Shown here: piece by piece, positions 20,607-29,733 of the stretch
Position numbering within the stretch: position 1 is the stretch's first letter
Layout: each line of letters opens with the position of its first letter
Source: Candidatus Sericytochromatia bacterium
GTDB lineage: Bacteria; Cyanobacteriota; Sericytochromatia; S15B-MN24; VGJW01
DNA length: 64,000 nt
NCBI GenBank assembly: GCA_035285865.1
Contig: JAYKHS010000017.1
Location: 57,534 to 121,533, forward strand
Direction: 5' to 3'
The notes under the pieces: generated by a model
Seen by the model: the letters and a program-made list of their open reading frames with translations, nothing else
The model's database searches: none
What the model was told of the DNA's origin: nothing
Program-made: the position numbers and the translations under genes

Positions 20607-20619
20607 CTATCATGGGGGC

Positions 20620-21192
20620 GTGAAGGTCACCCATATCGAACGCACTCCCAACCCGCTGGCCCTGATGTTCCGGGTCGACGAGCCCTTGATCGCGTCCGGC
20701 GCAGAGGTCTATGCGTCGACCAACGAGGCACTCAGGGACTCGATGGCGACCGCCATCTTCGCCACCGGTGCCGTGGTCGAGTTGTACGTCACCCCCGAGT
20801 TCGCGACCGTCACCAAGACACCCGACGCGGACTGGCTGCCCTTGCGCCGCCGGGTGCGCGAGGTGCTCGAGGCTACGGAACCTGCCGTGCGTGCCCCCGG
20901 GCCGACGGAGGGCGATCGCCCGCGTCTTCGCCCGGGCAGCCACATTCCGACCGAGGGGCCTGAGGCCGAGATGCTCGGGAGAATCCTGCTGGTGCTTGAA
21001 CAGGCCATCATGCCCTCGCTGGTCGCGGACGGCGGGGGACTCGAGGTCCTCGGTTTCGCGGATCGCGTCCTGACGATCCGTTATCAGGGCGCATGCGGCA
21101 CGTGTCCGAGTTCGGCGGCAGGCACGCTCGATGCCATCCGGCGGATCCTGCGTCAGGGGGTCGATCCGGAGCTCGAGGTCGTGCCGGCCTGA
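20620..21192 (+). CDS. NifU/Nfu Fe-S scaffold (Nfu_N + NifU_C)
   Basis: TPNP..MF N-terminal domain; DGG...YQGACGTCPSS. Confidence 0.9.
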   Translation: MKVTHIERTPNPLALMFRVDEPLIASGAEVYASTNEALRDSMATAIFATGAVVELYVTPEFATVTKTPDADWLPLRRRVREVLEATEPAVRAPGPTEGDRPRLRPGSHIPTEGPEAEMLGRILLVLEQAIMPSLVADGGGLEVLGFADRVLTIRYQGACGTCPSSAAGTLDAIRRILRQGVDPELEVVPA

Positions 21193-21272
21193 GGGACCGC
21201 AGCGGTTCCAGCGGTTGCCCGCCGGTGTCGCAGTCGGTATTCTTGGGCGTCCGCCAGTCCCCGGAGGTCCTC

Positions 21273-22391
21273 GTGAAGGTCGAACTCGCCACCAGTGAAG
21301 TCCAGCGCGAGGCCATCGCGGGCTTCCGGTACGACATCATCGTCGCGCAGCTCAAGCGCCAGCTGGCCTCGGCCGACCACGCACGCCACGTCGTGGTGGA
21401 CGAGGAGGACGCATCCGGCGTGCACGCCTTCGTGGCCCGAGACGGCGAGGTCGTCGGGGCCATCCGCCTTAATCGGCTCTCGGACGGAGCCGTTTCCGAG
21501 GACCTCGTGCGCCTTTATGCGCTCGACCAGTTCGCCGACGTCCCCCCCGAGCACATCGCCGTGGTGTCGCGTCTGGTGGTGCGACCGGGTGTGGCCGGCG
21601 TCGGGGATGTCCTCTCGGATTTCGCGCTCAAGTGGGCCATCGAAAACGGCATACGCCTGGCCTTCAGCTATTGCTCGCCCCATCTCGTGGCCCCCTACGA
21701 GCAACTGGGCTTCCGGCGCTACAAGGACAACTTCCAGGACCCGATGGGTTACCGGGTGCCGATGGTGCTGGTGGTGTACGACCTGGAACACCTGGCGCGC
21801 ATTCACTCTCCGCTGGCGGCCAAGCTCGCGGCCGTGGCCGCGGGACGCAACGACTCGTCGTTCTTCGCGGAGCGGTTCCCCGAGTACGACCTGCCCGCGA
21901 ACCCCGGCATGTACCCCAAGGGTGAGTTCTGGGCGATGCTCGGTGCTCGGATGAACGTGAACCCGCTCGAGGCCATCCCGCTGTTCGCGGGGCTTTCGTC
22001 CGACGAGGCCGGGGCCGTGATGAAGGCCGGCACCATCCTGCCGATCCGTGGCGGGGACAGGTTGCTGTCCGCGGGAGAGACGGGCAAGGAGTTCTACCTG
22101 GTCCTGAAGGGCATGCTGGGCGTGACGCTGCCCGGCCTGACGAAACCCGTGTCGTTGCTGGGCCCCGGCGAGATCGTGGGCGAGATGGCGTTCCTTGCGG
22201 ATGCGCCCCGCAGTGCCGATGTCGAGGTCTTCAAGGAAGGCGAGGTCATGGTGTTGTCGGAGGAGTCCTTCCTGAGGTTGGCTGCCCAGCAGCCGGCTGT
22301 GGCCAGCAAGGTCAGCCTGAATCTGGCACGGATCCTGGGCGAGCGCCTGGCCGTGACCTCCAAGGCCCTTGCCGAGGCTCAGCGGCGCTGA
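21273..22391 (+). CDS. GNAT (FeeM/LuxI-like acyltransferase fold) fused to cNMP-binding domain
   Basis: FRY.I..., VGAIRLN, SRLVV, HLV..YEQLGF in N-half; 'IPLFAGL...GETG..FYLVLKG...LGPGEIVGEMAFL...PRSADV' in C-half. Confidence 0.82.
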   Translation: MKVELATSEVQREAIAGFRYDIIVAQLKRQLASADHARHVVVDEEDASGVHAFVARDGEVVGAIRLNRLSDGAVSEDLVRLYALDQFADVPPEHIAVVSRLVVRPGVAGVGDVLSDFALKWAIENGIRLAFSYCSPHLVAPYEQLGFRRYKDNFQDPMGYRVPMVLVVYDLEHLARIHSPLAAKLAAVAAGRNDSSFFAERFPEYDLPANPGMYPKGEFWAMLGARMNVNPLEAIPLFAGLSSDEAGAVMKAGTILPIRGGDRLLSAGETGKEFYLVLKGMLGVTLPGLTKPVSLLGPGEIVGEMAFLADAPRSADVEVFKEGEVMVLSEESFLRLAAQQPAVASKVSLNLARILGERLAVTSKALAEAQRR

Positions 22392-22397
22392 GACGGG

Positions 22398-22430
22398 AAA
22401 GCCCCGGCGGCGCCTGTGCGCAGCCGGGGC
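22398..22430 (-). terminator. Intrinsic terminator hairpin between convergent genes
   Basis: GCCCCGGC-G-GCGC-CTGT-GCGC-A-GCCGGGGC; AAA at 22398-22400 gives a short U-tract on the minus strand. Confidence 0.65.
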
Positions 22431-22470
22431 CGTACCTTGCGAGGACCGCGCCGGGCGGCTCCCCCCACGC

Positions 22471-22836
22471 TCAGATCAGCGTGAACTTGGTGATCAGCTC
22501 GCGCCCGAAGTTCAGGGCACGTTGCAGCACGTTGCCGGCCACCGGCAGGTCCGACTCCGTCACGGCGAACTGCAGGGCGAAGCCGCGGCTGACCGGTGCC
22601 GGGCGGGCCGGTGCCGGAGCCACGGGCAGATCCGACTCGGTGACGGCGAACTGCGTCACCAGCCTGCCGACGGCGGGCGAACGCTGGAAATTGTCCTGCC
22701 GCACGGGCAAGCCGGACTCCGTGACGGCGAACTGCAGGGCAAACCCGCCGGTCACGGGCTTGGGTGCCGCGGGCTGGGGCGGGACCGGCAAGGCCGACGG
22801 CGTGACGGCGAAGCCTTCGCGAACTCCGAATGACAT
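22471..22836 (-). CDS. Small repeat protein, 4x FAVT(E/P)S(D/G/A)LPV at a 27-aa period
   Basis: FAVT at residues 9, 36, 63, 90; RBS GAGG; synonymous variation among repeats. Confidence 0.8.
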   Translation of the reverse strand: MSFGVREGFAVTPSALPVPPQPAAPKPVTGGFALQFAVTESGLPVRQDNFQRSPAVGRLVTQFAVTESDLPVAPAPARPAPVSRGFALQFAVTESDLPVAGNVLQRALNFGRELITKFTLI

Positions 22837-22854
22837 GCTTGCTTACCTCTGGTC

Positions 22855-23439
22855 CTAGCTGTTGGCCGTGGCCTTCATCTCTTCCGTGATGCGCTCCAGC
22901 ACCTTCATGTTGAGGTTCATGAAGAACTGGTCCATCAAGGAGCGATTCTGGGGTGACTTGGATTCCTCGGACGCCGAGATGTGCTCGCGAACCATCCCGA
23001 GACGTTGCTGGGAAAGGGTCTCGCTCTCGGTGTCAATCGCCGCGATCCGACGCGCCGCATCGCGGCCGAGCTGCTGCTCGAAGAACGCAGGCAAATCCTT
23101 GGGATCGCTGGGGCGCTTGACCGCTTCGGGGATCCGGGCGATCAGCTTGGCGCGCTCGTCGGACAGATCAGCCTTGCGCTCGTCCAGATCGGCAATCTTC
23201 TGGACCTTGTCCTTGCCCATGTACTTCTGATAGAAGCTGTACTCGTCCGCATTCGAGGGCACCGTGCGTCCACCGACGCTGCCGCTATGCCTGGCACGGT
23301 CGGACAACTCGAGCTTGTCGCTGGCGGCGCGCGTCCGGGACTCGGTTGGCGCGGATGCGATGGCTGCGGACGTCTCGGGACGTGCGGCGGTCGCCACCGT
23401 CGCACCGGTGCGCGCTGCTGCGGACAGTTCCAAGCCCAT
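22855..23439 (-). CDS. Hypothetical protein
   Basis: RBS GGAGG; 18 nt upstream of the repeat-peptide gene, likely co-transcribed. Confidence 0.75.
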   Translation of the reverse strand: MGLELSAAARTGATVATAARPETSAAIASAPTESRTRAASDKLELSDRARHSGSVGGRTVPSNADEYSFYQKYMGKDKVQKIADLDERKADLSDERAKLIARIPEAVKRPSDPKDLPAFFEQQLGRDAARRIAAIDTESETLSQQRLGMVREHISASEESKSPQNRSLMDQFFMNLNMKVLERITEEMKATANS

Positions 23440-23527
23440 CTGGTGTCACCTCCGCTAGATTTATCTTCCCTGCGGCGTCGGAGATGACGTCAACAGTTCG
23501 TGAAATCTGTGTTCCGGAAGGGCCGGA

Positions 23528-23923
23528 TCAGGGCATCACGTGGACGTGTGCACGCATCCTGCGGTGGACACGGCACCGGATCTCAAGGTCGCCTGTCGCC
23601 ACCGCCAGCACGGAGGGGCCCGGGCCCGTGGCATGCAGCCCGAGATCGAAGGTCTGCGAACCCGAGGCACAGTAGACGCTGTGGAAGACACCGTCGCGAT
23701 TCGGGAACTGCAACATCGTCCCCTTACGGACCGTCAGCTCCCCCGGTTGGAACATCAGGTTCTCCTGAATGATGACCGCCGTCGGCTGCTTGCCCGTCCC
23801 TGACGATGCCGATTTCTCCGCTGGCTTCCCAGGCGCGTTCGGTTTCGTCGCCGCACCCAGCGGGGCCTTGGCGCCCGCCAGGAGGCTGGCTGCCACCATC
23901 AGGAAGAACACCGTGGGCTTCAT
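23528..23923 (-). CDS. Secreted cupredoxin-like protein
   Basis: Signal peptide; FQP..L.V.KG..L.F.NRD...H; CRVHRRM type-1 copper-like ligands. Confidence 0.8.
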   Translation of the reverse strand: MKPTVFFLMVAASLLAGAKAPLGAATKPNAPGKPAEKSASSGTGKQPTAVIIQENLMFQPGELTVRKGTMLQFPNRDGVFHSVYCASGSQTFDLGLHATGPGPSVLAVATGDLEIRCRVHRRMRAHVHVMP

Positions 23924-24036
23924 GGCGTCATTCTAGCTTCAATGCGCCCCCGCCTGGCCTACTCGGAGGACGATGGCGCGCAAATTGTGCCCCGAGCCAC
24001 AGGGCCCTTGGGCGCAAAGGGGGTATGCTGGGAGCC

Positions 24037-24717
24037 ATGGACGCCGCCGAACGCTTCCTCGACCAGCCCAACTTGCCGATGATTGCGGCATCGGTCCTGG
24101 GTGTCGTGCTTCTGGTCCTCGTCGGCGCACTCCTGTGGCTGGTCAAGACCCGCTCCAAAGGGGATATGGGCCTTGCCAAGAAGGCGAATCGCTTCAAGGA
24201 GCTTGACGGTTACCTGAACGAGGCCAAGAAGTGGTATCGGGCCAACGTCACGCTGCGCGAGTTGTATGCGGTTGCGAGCAAGTCCGGCGTGGCCAAGAAA
24301 TTCGTCAAGGGCATCATCGCCGCTGCTGAAAACGGCGGCCTGTCGGGTTCGGCCGAGGAGTCCGCCCGCTGGCTGGCCCAGGCCATCTCGCTCGAGCCGG
24401 GCAACGCCGAGGCCTACTATCAGCTCGGGTTGGTGTCGGTCCGCCAAGGCAAGGCCACGGGCCAGCAGAAGTGGATGCGGTTGGCCCATCAGGCCTTCAC
24501 CAAGGCCTTCCTGCTCGAGCGCGGGCACATCCCTGCCTTCCAGCAGCTGATCCTGTTGTCGGAGCAGACCGAGAGCTTCTATCTGGAGCGAACCAAGGAA
24601 GGCCTTGCCAAGGGCGCGGCCATGGGACAGAACGACGTCGACCGGATGGTCGCTGCTGCCAAGGCACAGGCCTATGCGGATGCCGAGGCTGCCGAGGCCT
24701 ACCGTCAGCAGGGCTGA
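24037..24717 (+). CDS. Membrane-anchored TPR protein
   Basis: N-terminal TM; 'AISLEPGNAEAYYQLG' TPR. Confidence 0.75.
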   Translation: MDAAERFLDQPNLPMIAASVLGVVLLVLVGALLWLVKTRSKGDMGLAKKANRFKELDGYLNEAKKWYRANVTLRELYAVASKSGVAKKFVKGIIAAAENGGLSGSAEESARWLAQAISLEPGNAEAYYQLGLVSVRQGKATGQQKWMRLAHQAFTKAFLLERGHIPAFQQLILLSEQTESFYLERTKEGLAKGAAMGQNDVDRMVAAAKAQAYADAEAAEAYRQQG

Positions 24718-24737
24718 ACGGCTGCTGCGGAGCGGCC

Positions 24738-25172
24738 TCAGGCCTCGCGGCGCGGTCGGACGGCGACCGTGCCTCTGCTGATGGCCACGAGGCGTCCTTC
24801 GGGGTCGGTGATGCGGATGTCCCAGACCCACGCGGTGCGCCCGCGATGGATGGCCTTGCCCTCGGCCTGGACCCAGCCTTCCCAGACCGTACGCAGCAGC
24901 GAGATGCTGTATTCCTGACCGAACGCCACATGGGTGTCCAGGTCGACCCCGAGCACGGTCCCGAAACTGGATACCTCTTCCGCAAGGGCGGAGAGGGCTC
25001 CGCCGTGGATGGCGCCATAGGGCTGTCGCGTGGGGCCATGGACCGGCATCCGCGCCACGACGTGGCCGGCCTCGTGATGGAGGAACTCGATGCCCATGGC
25101 CCCGGACAGGGTCTCCTCGGGGGGCAGCAGGCCCCGATCACGAAAGGCCTCGGGCGTGAAGGACTGCGTCAT
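24738..25172 (-). CDS. PaaI/hotdog-fold thioesterase
   Basis: MPV...TRQPYGAIHGGA...LAEE; IHRGRTAWVWDIRI. Confidence 0.92.
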   Translation of the reverse strand: MTQSFTPEAFRDRGLLPPEETLSGAMGIEFLHHEAGHVVARMPVHGPTRQPYGAIHGGALSALAEEVSSFGTVLGVDLDTHVAFGQEYSISLLRTVWEGWVQAEGKAIHRGRTAWVWDIRITDPEGRLVAISRGTVAVRPRREA

Positions 25173-25220
25173 GGGCCGATTCTAGGCCTTATACTGGCAT
25201 CAGGAAAAGAGGAGCGGTCC

Positions 25221-26612
25221 ATGCGCGACATCCTCGAGCGGATCGCCGGCGATCACGGCGGCTTCATCGAGCTTCGGTATCACCACAAGACCTCGCGTCG
25301 TTTCGACGTGGAAGGGGGCCGCCTCGAGGCAGCCCTCGTCAAGGAACGTGCGGGCGTGGGCGTGCGCGTGCTCGAAGGGGGCACGTGGGGTGTCGCGGCC
25401 ACCAGCGATACGCGCGAGGCCGCCATTCGCCGGGCCGTCGATCAGGCCGTCTCGGCGGCGCGGGCCTCGGCCGCCTACCGCGCCAAGCGCCTCGATCCTC
25501 TCCCGCCCGTCGCTCTGGCGCGGGGTGTCTTCGAAGAGGCCGGTGTCGCGACCCTGAAGGATCAGCCCCTCGAGGCCAAGATCCAGCTGGCCCTCGAGGC
25601 CGAGGCGCGTGCCCGCGGCGCGTCGGAGCGTATCGAGACGGCGCGCGCGACCTATCAGGAGAATTTCGAGGACAAGGTCATCGTGACCTCGGACGGTGCC
25701 AGCGCCAAACTCAGGCTGGTGCGGCCCGAGTTCCGCGTCAACGCCGTGGTGGCCCGGGGGACCGAGCGGGCGACCTACTCGGAAACGTACGGGGCGACCG
25801 GCGGCTGGGATTGCCTCTTCCGGCACAAGGACGGACTGGGCATGGCCGAGGAAGCGGCGCGCTGGGCGGTGGACCTCGCGGTGGCCCCGCAGGCCCCGGG
25901 TGGCAAGTTCAAGGTCATCCTGGCGCCAAGCATCGTGGGCTTGCTGGTTCATGAGGCCATCGGGCACACCGTCGAGGCCGATTTCGTTCTCTCGGGGTCG
26001 GTGGCTGCCGGACGCATCGGCACCCGGGTCGGCAGCGAGCACGTCACGCTCTGTGATTCCGGTGCCTCGGAGCATGTCGGTGGCGCCGGCGGGACCATTG
26101 CCGTCGACGACGAGGGTGTGCCGGCCGGCCGCACGGTCATCATCGACAAGGGCATCCTGGCCAGCTACCTGCACAACCGCGAGTCGGCAATGCACTATGA
26201 CGTGGCGCCCACGGGCAATGCCCGGGCCTGGGAGTATGCCGACGAGCCGCTCATCCGGATGCGCAACACCTACATCGAACCCGGTGACTGGGAGCTCGAC
26301 GCGATGATCGCCGGAGTCGAGGACGGCTTCCTGCTGGACGGACCGCTCAACGGCCAGGCCGACGCCACGGGTGAGTTCATGTTCGCCGTGGCGCGTGCCC
26401 ATCGCATCCGGGGTGGCAAGCTTGGCGAAGTGCTCAAAGGTGCGACGGTTTCCGGGTCGGCCTTCGAGGTGCTGGCCAGCGTCGACGCCGTGTCGCGGGT
26501 GTTCCGCTGGGATCTGGGGTCGGGGCACTGCGGCAAGGGACAACCCATGAAGGTGGATGCAGGCGGGCCCTACGTGCGTTGCGAGGTCTTGATCGGCGGG
26601 GCAGGCTCATGA
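25221..26612 (+). CDS. tldD: TldD family metalloprotease subunit
   Basis: HEAIGH..EAD zinc motif, DDEG, RMRNT, CGKGQ; RBS GAGGAG. Confidence 0.92.
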   Translation: MRDILERIAGDHGGFIELRYHHKTSRRFDVEGGRLEAALVKERAGVGVRVLEGGTWGVAATSDTREAAIRRAVDQAVSAARASAAYRAKRLDPLPPVALARGVFEEAGVATLKDQPLEAKIQLALEAEARARGASERIETARATYQENFEDKVIVTSDGASAKLRLVRPEFRVNAVVARGTERATYSETYGATGGWDCLFRHKDGLGMAEEAARWAVDLAVAPQAPGGKFKVILAPSIVGLLVHEAIGHTVEADFVLSGSVAAGRIGTRVGSEHVTLCDSGASEHVGGAGGTIAVDDEGVPAGRTVIIDKGILASYLHNRESAMHYDVAPTGNARAWEYADEPLIRMRNTYIEPGDWELDAMIAGVEDGFLLDGPLNGQADATGEFMFAVARAHRIRGGKLGEVLKGATVSGSAFEVLASVDAVSRVFRWDLGSGHCGKGQPMKVDAGGPYVRCEVLIGGAGS

Positions 26613-27952
26613 ACACGTCACTGGTCCAGGAGGTCTGTGCGGCCGGGCTTGCCGCGGCGCGGGCCGCCGGTGCGGACGGGGCCGAGGTCTATGCCGTGTC
26701 GCGTCGCACCCGCGAGGTCGCTTTCGAGAAGAACGATCTCAATCTGGCACGGGCCGATGAGGAACTCACCGTCGGCATCCGCGTGCTGGTGGGGCAGTCC
26801 TTCGGCTTCGTCACGGTGAATGCGCCCGAACGCATCGAAGAGGCCGTGCGCCAGGCCACCGTGATTGCCCGGATCGCACCGCCCGATCCCCATCATCACC
26901 TGCCGGCGCCCGTGGCGCTGGCCCGGGGCGAACACGACCGGGATCCCGAACTGGCCGACTTTGGCCTGGGGCCCATGGCCGAGCTGGCCAGCCAGCTGGC
27001 GGAGCGGGTCAAGGCCAACGATCGGCGCCTCAGCATCGACGGCATCCGGGTCTCCGCCGAGGAGGCCGCCGTGGCCATCGCGTCGACGACGGGCATCGAT
27101 GCGGCGCATGTCACGAGCGAGCTCTCGGGCTTCGTGATGGGCATGGCCATCGAGGGTGACGAGGTCGGCTCCTTCAACTACGACGGAGCGGCCGGCAATC
27201 GACTGGCCACGGTTCGGTCGGAGATGCTCGCCGCCATGGACCGCTTTTCCGAGAAGGCCTTGTGGGCACTCGGTGCGCGCAAGGGCGAGACCTTCAAGGG
27301 GCGTATCCTGCTGACACCCGACGCCGTGGGCGAGATCCTGCTCGATCCGCTGCTCGGGGCGCTGGGTGCCGACAACCTGCGCAAGGGGCGCAGTCCGATG
27401 CAGGGACGGCTTGGCGAAGCCATCGCCGCCAGGTGCGTCACGCTCAGGGACCCGGGACGGGTGCTGGAAGGCATGGCGCTCGCGCCGTTCGACCGCGAGG
27501 GCCATGCCGTGCAGCCCTTGTCGCTGCTGCGTGATGGCGTGCTTGAAGGCTACTTCTACGATGCCTACGAGGCCCGCCGGGCCGGATGCGTGTCGACGGG
27601 GCATGGGCGCGGTGGTGCCAAGGGGCCTCCGGTCCTGACGCCCGGACTCATCGAGATGGTGGCGGGTGACGAGCCGGCTGCCGGGCTTGAGGCCCGAGCG
27701 GGGCGTGCGCTTGTGGTGCCCCGGTTCGCCGGCCGCGTCGAGATGGCCACGGGCGAGTTCTCGGGGGTGGTCAAGGGTGGCTTCATGGTGGGTTCGGGCG
27801 AGCGCATTCCGGTCGAGGAGACCATGATCGCGGGCAATGTGTATGACCTGCTGCGTGCCATCGAGGCCGTCAGCGCCGAGCGCCAGAACATCTTCGGGAC
27901 CGCCTTGCTGCCTTGGGTCCTGGCGGACGGCGTTCAGGTCACGGCGGGTTGA
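26609..27952 (+). CDS. pmbA: PmbA/TldE family subunit
   Basis: PFDREG, TGEFSG, ETMIAGN motifs; lacks HExxxH; ATGA overlap with tldD. Confidence 0.88.
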   Translation: MNTSLVQEVCAAGLAAARAAGADGAEVYAVSRRTREVAFEKNDLNLARADEELTVGIRVLVGQSFGFVTVNAPERIEEAVRQATVIARIAPPDPHHHLPAPVALARGEHDRDPELADFGLGPMAELASQLAERVKANDRRLSIDGIRVSAEEAAVAIASTTGIDAAHVTSELSGFVMGMAIEGDEVGSFNYDGAAGNRLATVRSEMLAAMDRFSEKALWALGARKGETFKGRILLTPDAVGEILLDPLLGALGADNLRKGRSPMQGRLGEAIAARCVTLRDPGRVLEGMALAPFDREGHAVQPLSLLRDGVLEGYFYDAYEARRAGCVSTGHGRGGAKGPPVLTPGLIEMVAGDEPAAGLEARAGRALVVPRFAGRVEMATGEFSGVVKGGFMVGSGERIPVEETMIAGNVYDLLRAIEAVSAERQNIFGTALLPWVLADGVQVTAG

Positions 27953-29733
27953 CGCCACTCGTCGCGGTCTTTCGTTCACGGACGCCGTGGGGCATCCTGC
28001 GAACCCTCATGTGGCGCGAGCGCAGGCCCTATCTGGTCGGGGCACTGTGCCTGCTGGCCTGTGACATCGGACAGGTCGGGGCACCGTTGCTCGTCGGCAA
28101 CGTGATCGATGGGCTGCGCGAGGCCTCGCTGGGGCCTGCGGACTTGCGGCTTCGGGTCGGGGCACTCGTGGTGCTGGCCGTTCTCGTCGCCCTGTGTCGC
28201 TACGGCTGGCGGATGGGCGTCTTCGGTTCGTCCCGCCGGATCGAACGCGACGTGCGGACGGCCCTGCACGACCACGTCATCCGTCTGCCTGCCGAAGCCC
28301 AGCGACGCAGGCCGCCGGGCGAGGTCATGGCGTTGGCCACCAACGACTTGCAGGCGATCCGGGCGGTCACGGGCGAGGGCGTCATGGCGGGTCTCGATGC
28401 CCCGTTCTACCTCCTGTCCGCCCTCGTGCCGATGTTGTGGCTGCACGCCGGCCTGACGGTCTGGGCCGTGCTGCCCCTGCCCTTGCTGGGCCTGGTCTCG
28501 TTTCTGCTGGGCCGGCGGATGCACGGCATGCATCGTGCCGTGCAGGAGGCCTTCGGCCGCCTGTCCGACCACGCGCAGGAGACGATCTCGGGCATCCGCG
28601 TCCTCAAGGGCTTCGCCCGCGAGTCAGGAGCGACGGCGGACTTCGCGGAGCGCAGCCGCGCGCATGCCGAGGCCACGATGCGGATGGTGCGCCTGCAGGG
28701 AGCTTTCGACCCCTTGATCGCTCTACTGTCGGGATCGTCCACGGTGCTGGTGCTGGTGTTCGGCGGCCGTCTGGTGACGGCGGGTGAACTGACCGTCGGT
28801 CAACTGGTCGCATTCCTCGGTTTCATCCAGATGCTCTCGTGGCCGATGATGGCGACGAGCTGGGCCTACAACATGGCCCAGCGCGCCCGGGCCAGCGCGG
28901 GGCGCCTGCAGGAACTTTTCCGCGAGGAGCCGGAGCCGCCTGCCGGCGAGGATTCGGGTTGGTGGCAGGCGAAGCCGCCCGCGCTCGAGGTCCGGAGTCT
29001 CTCCTTCACGTATCCCGGGGCCATCCGGCCGGCCTTGGCCGAGGTGTCCTTCGTTTTGCCCCCGGGCGAGGTCCTCGGCATCACCGGGCGCTCCGGGTCC
29101 GGCAAGAGCACGCTCGTGAGTCTGCTGCTGCGCCAGCTCGAGGTTCCGAGGGGGACGGTCTTCCTGGATGGCCGGGACATTCTGGACATGCCTTTGGCCG
29201 AGCTGCGGCGCGTCTTCGCCTGGGTGCCGCAGGAGGGGTTCCTGTTCGGCCGTTCGTTGGCCGAAAACGTCGCCATGGGCGGCGATACCGCCGGGGTGGA
29301 GCATGCGCTCCTGCAGGCAGGTCTCGGACCTGACCTGGAAGGCTGGCCCGAGCGCGCCGACACTGTCGTGGGCGAGCGGGGCGTCACCTTGTCCGGCGGT
29401 CAGCGGCAGAGGGTCTGTCTGGCGCGTGCCCTGCTGCGCGAAGCCCCGATCCTGCTCGTCGACGACGCGCTGTCTGCGGTCGATGCGGCGACGGAGCACC
29501 GCGTGCTGTCGATGCTCGGCGAGGCGCGCCGGGATCGCTCGGCCCTGGTCGTGGCGCATCGCTTGAGTGTCGTGCGGGCGGCTCCTCGCATCCTGGTGTT
29601 CGAGGAAGGTCGGCTGCACGAGCAGGGCACCCACGCGGAACTCGTGGCGCAAGGGGGCCTCTATGCCCGCATCTGGCACCTGCAGCAACTGGAGCGGGCC
29701 TTGACCGAAGCCACGGCCGGAGCGTCGGCATGA
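27949..29733 (+). CDS. ABC exporter, TMD-NBD half (MdlA-like)
   Basis: GRSGSGKS, LSGGQRQR, degenerate Walker B LVDDALSAVD; TTGA overlap. Confidence 0.92.
   Translation: MTPLVAVFRSRTPWGILRTLMWRERRPYLVGALCLLACDIGQVGAPLLVGNVIDGLREASLGPADLRLRVGALVVLAVLVALCRYGWRMGVFGSSRRIERDVRTALHDHVIRLPAEAQRRRPPGEVMALATNDLQAIRAVTGEGVMAGLDAPFYLLSALVPMLWLHAGLTVWAVLPLPLLGLVSFLLGRRMHGMHRAVQEAFGRLSDHAQETISGIRVLKGFARESGATADFAERSRAHAEATMRMVRLQGAFDPLIALLSGSSTVLVLVFGGRLVTAGELTVGQLVAFLGFIQMLSWPMMATSWAYNMAQRARASAGRLQELFREEPEPPAGEDSGWWQAKPPALEVRSLSFTYPGAIRPALAEVSFVLPPGEVLGITGRSGSGKSTLVSLLLRQLEVPRGTVFLDGRDILDMPLAELRRVFAWVPQEGFLFGRSLAENVAMGGDTAGVEHALLQAGLGPDLEGWPERADTVVGERGVTLSGGQRQRVCLARALLREAPILLVDDALSAVDAATEHRVLSMLGEARRDRSALVVAHRLSVVRAAPRILVFEEGRLHEQGTHAELVAQGGLYARIWHLQQLERALTEATAGASA

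Noticed and set aside
22540..22825. ~30-nt repeats every 81 nt resembling a CRISPR array
   Set aside because: Period is a multiple of 3, differences are largely synonymous, alternate spacers are similar at protein level, and no cas genes are present; it is a coding repeat
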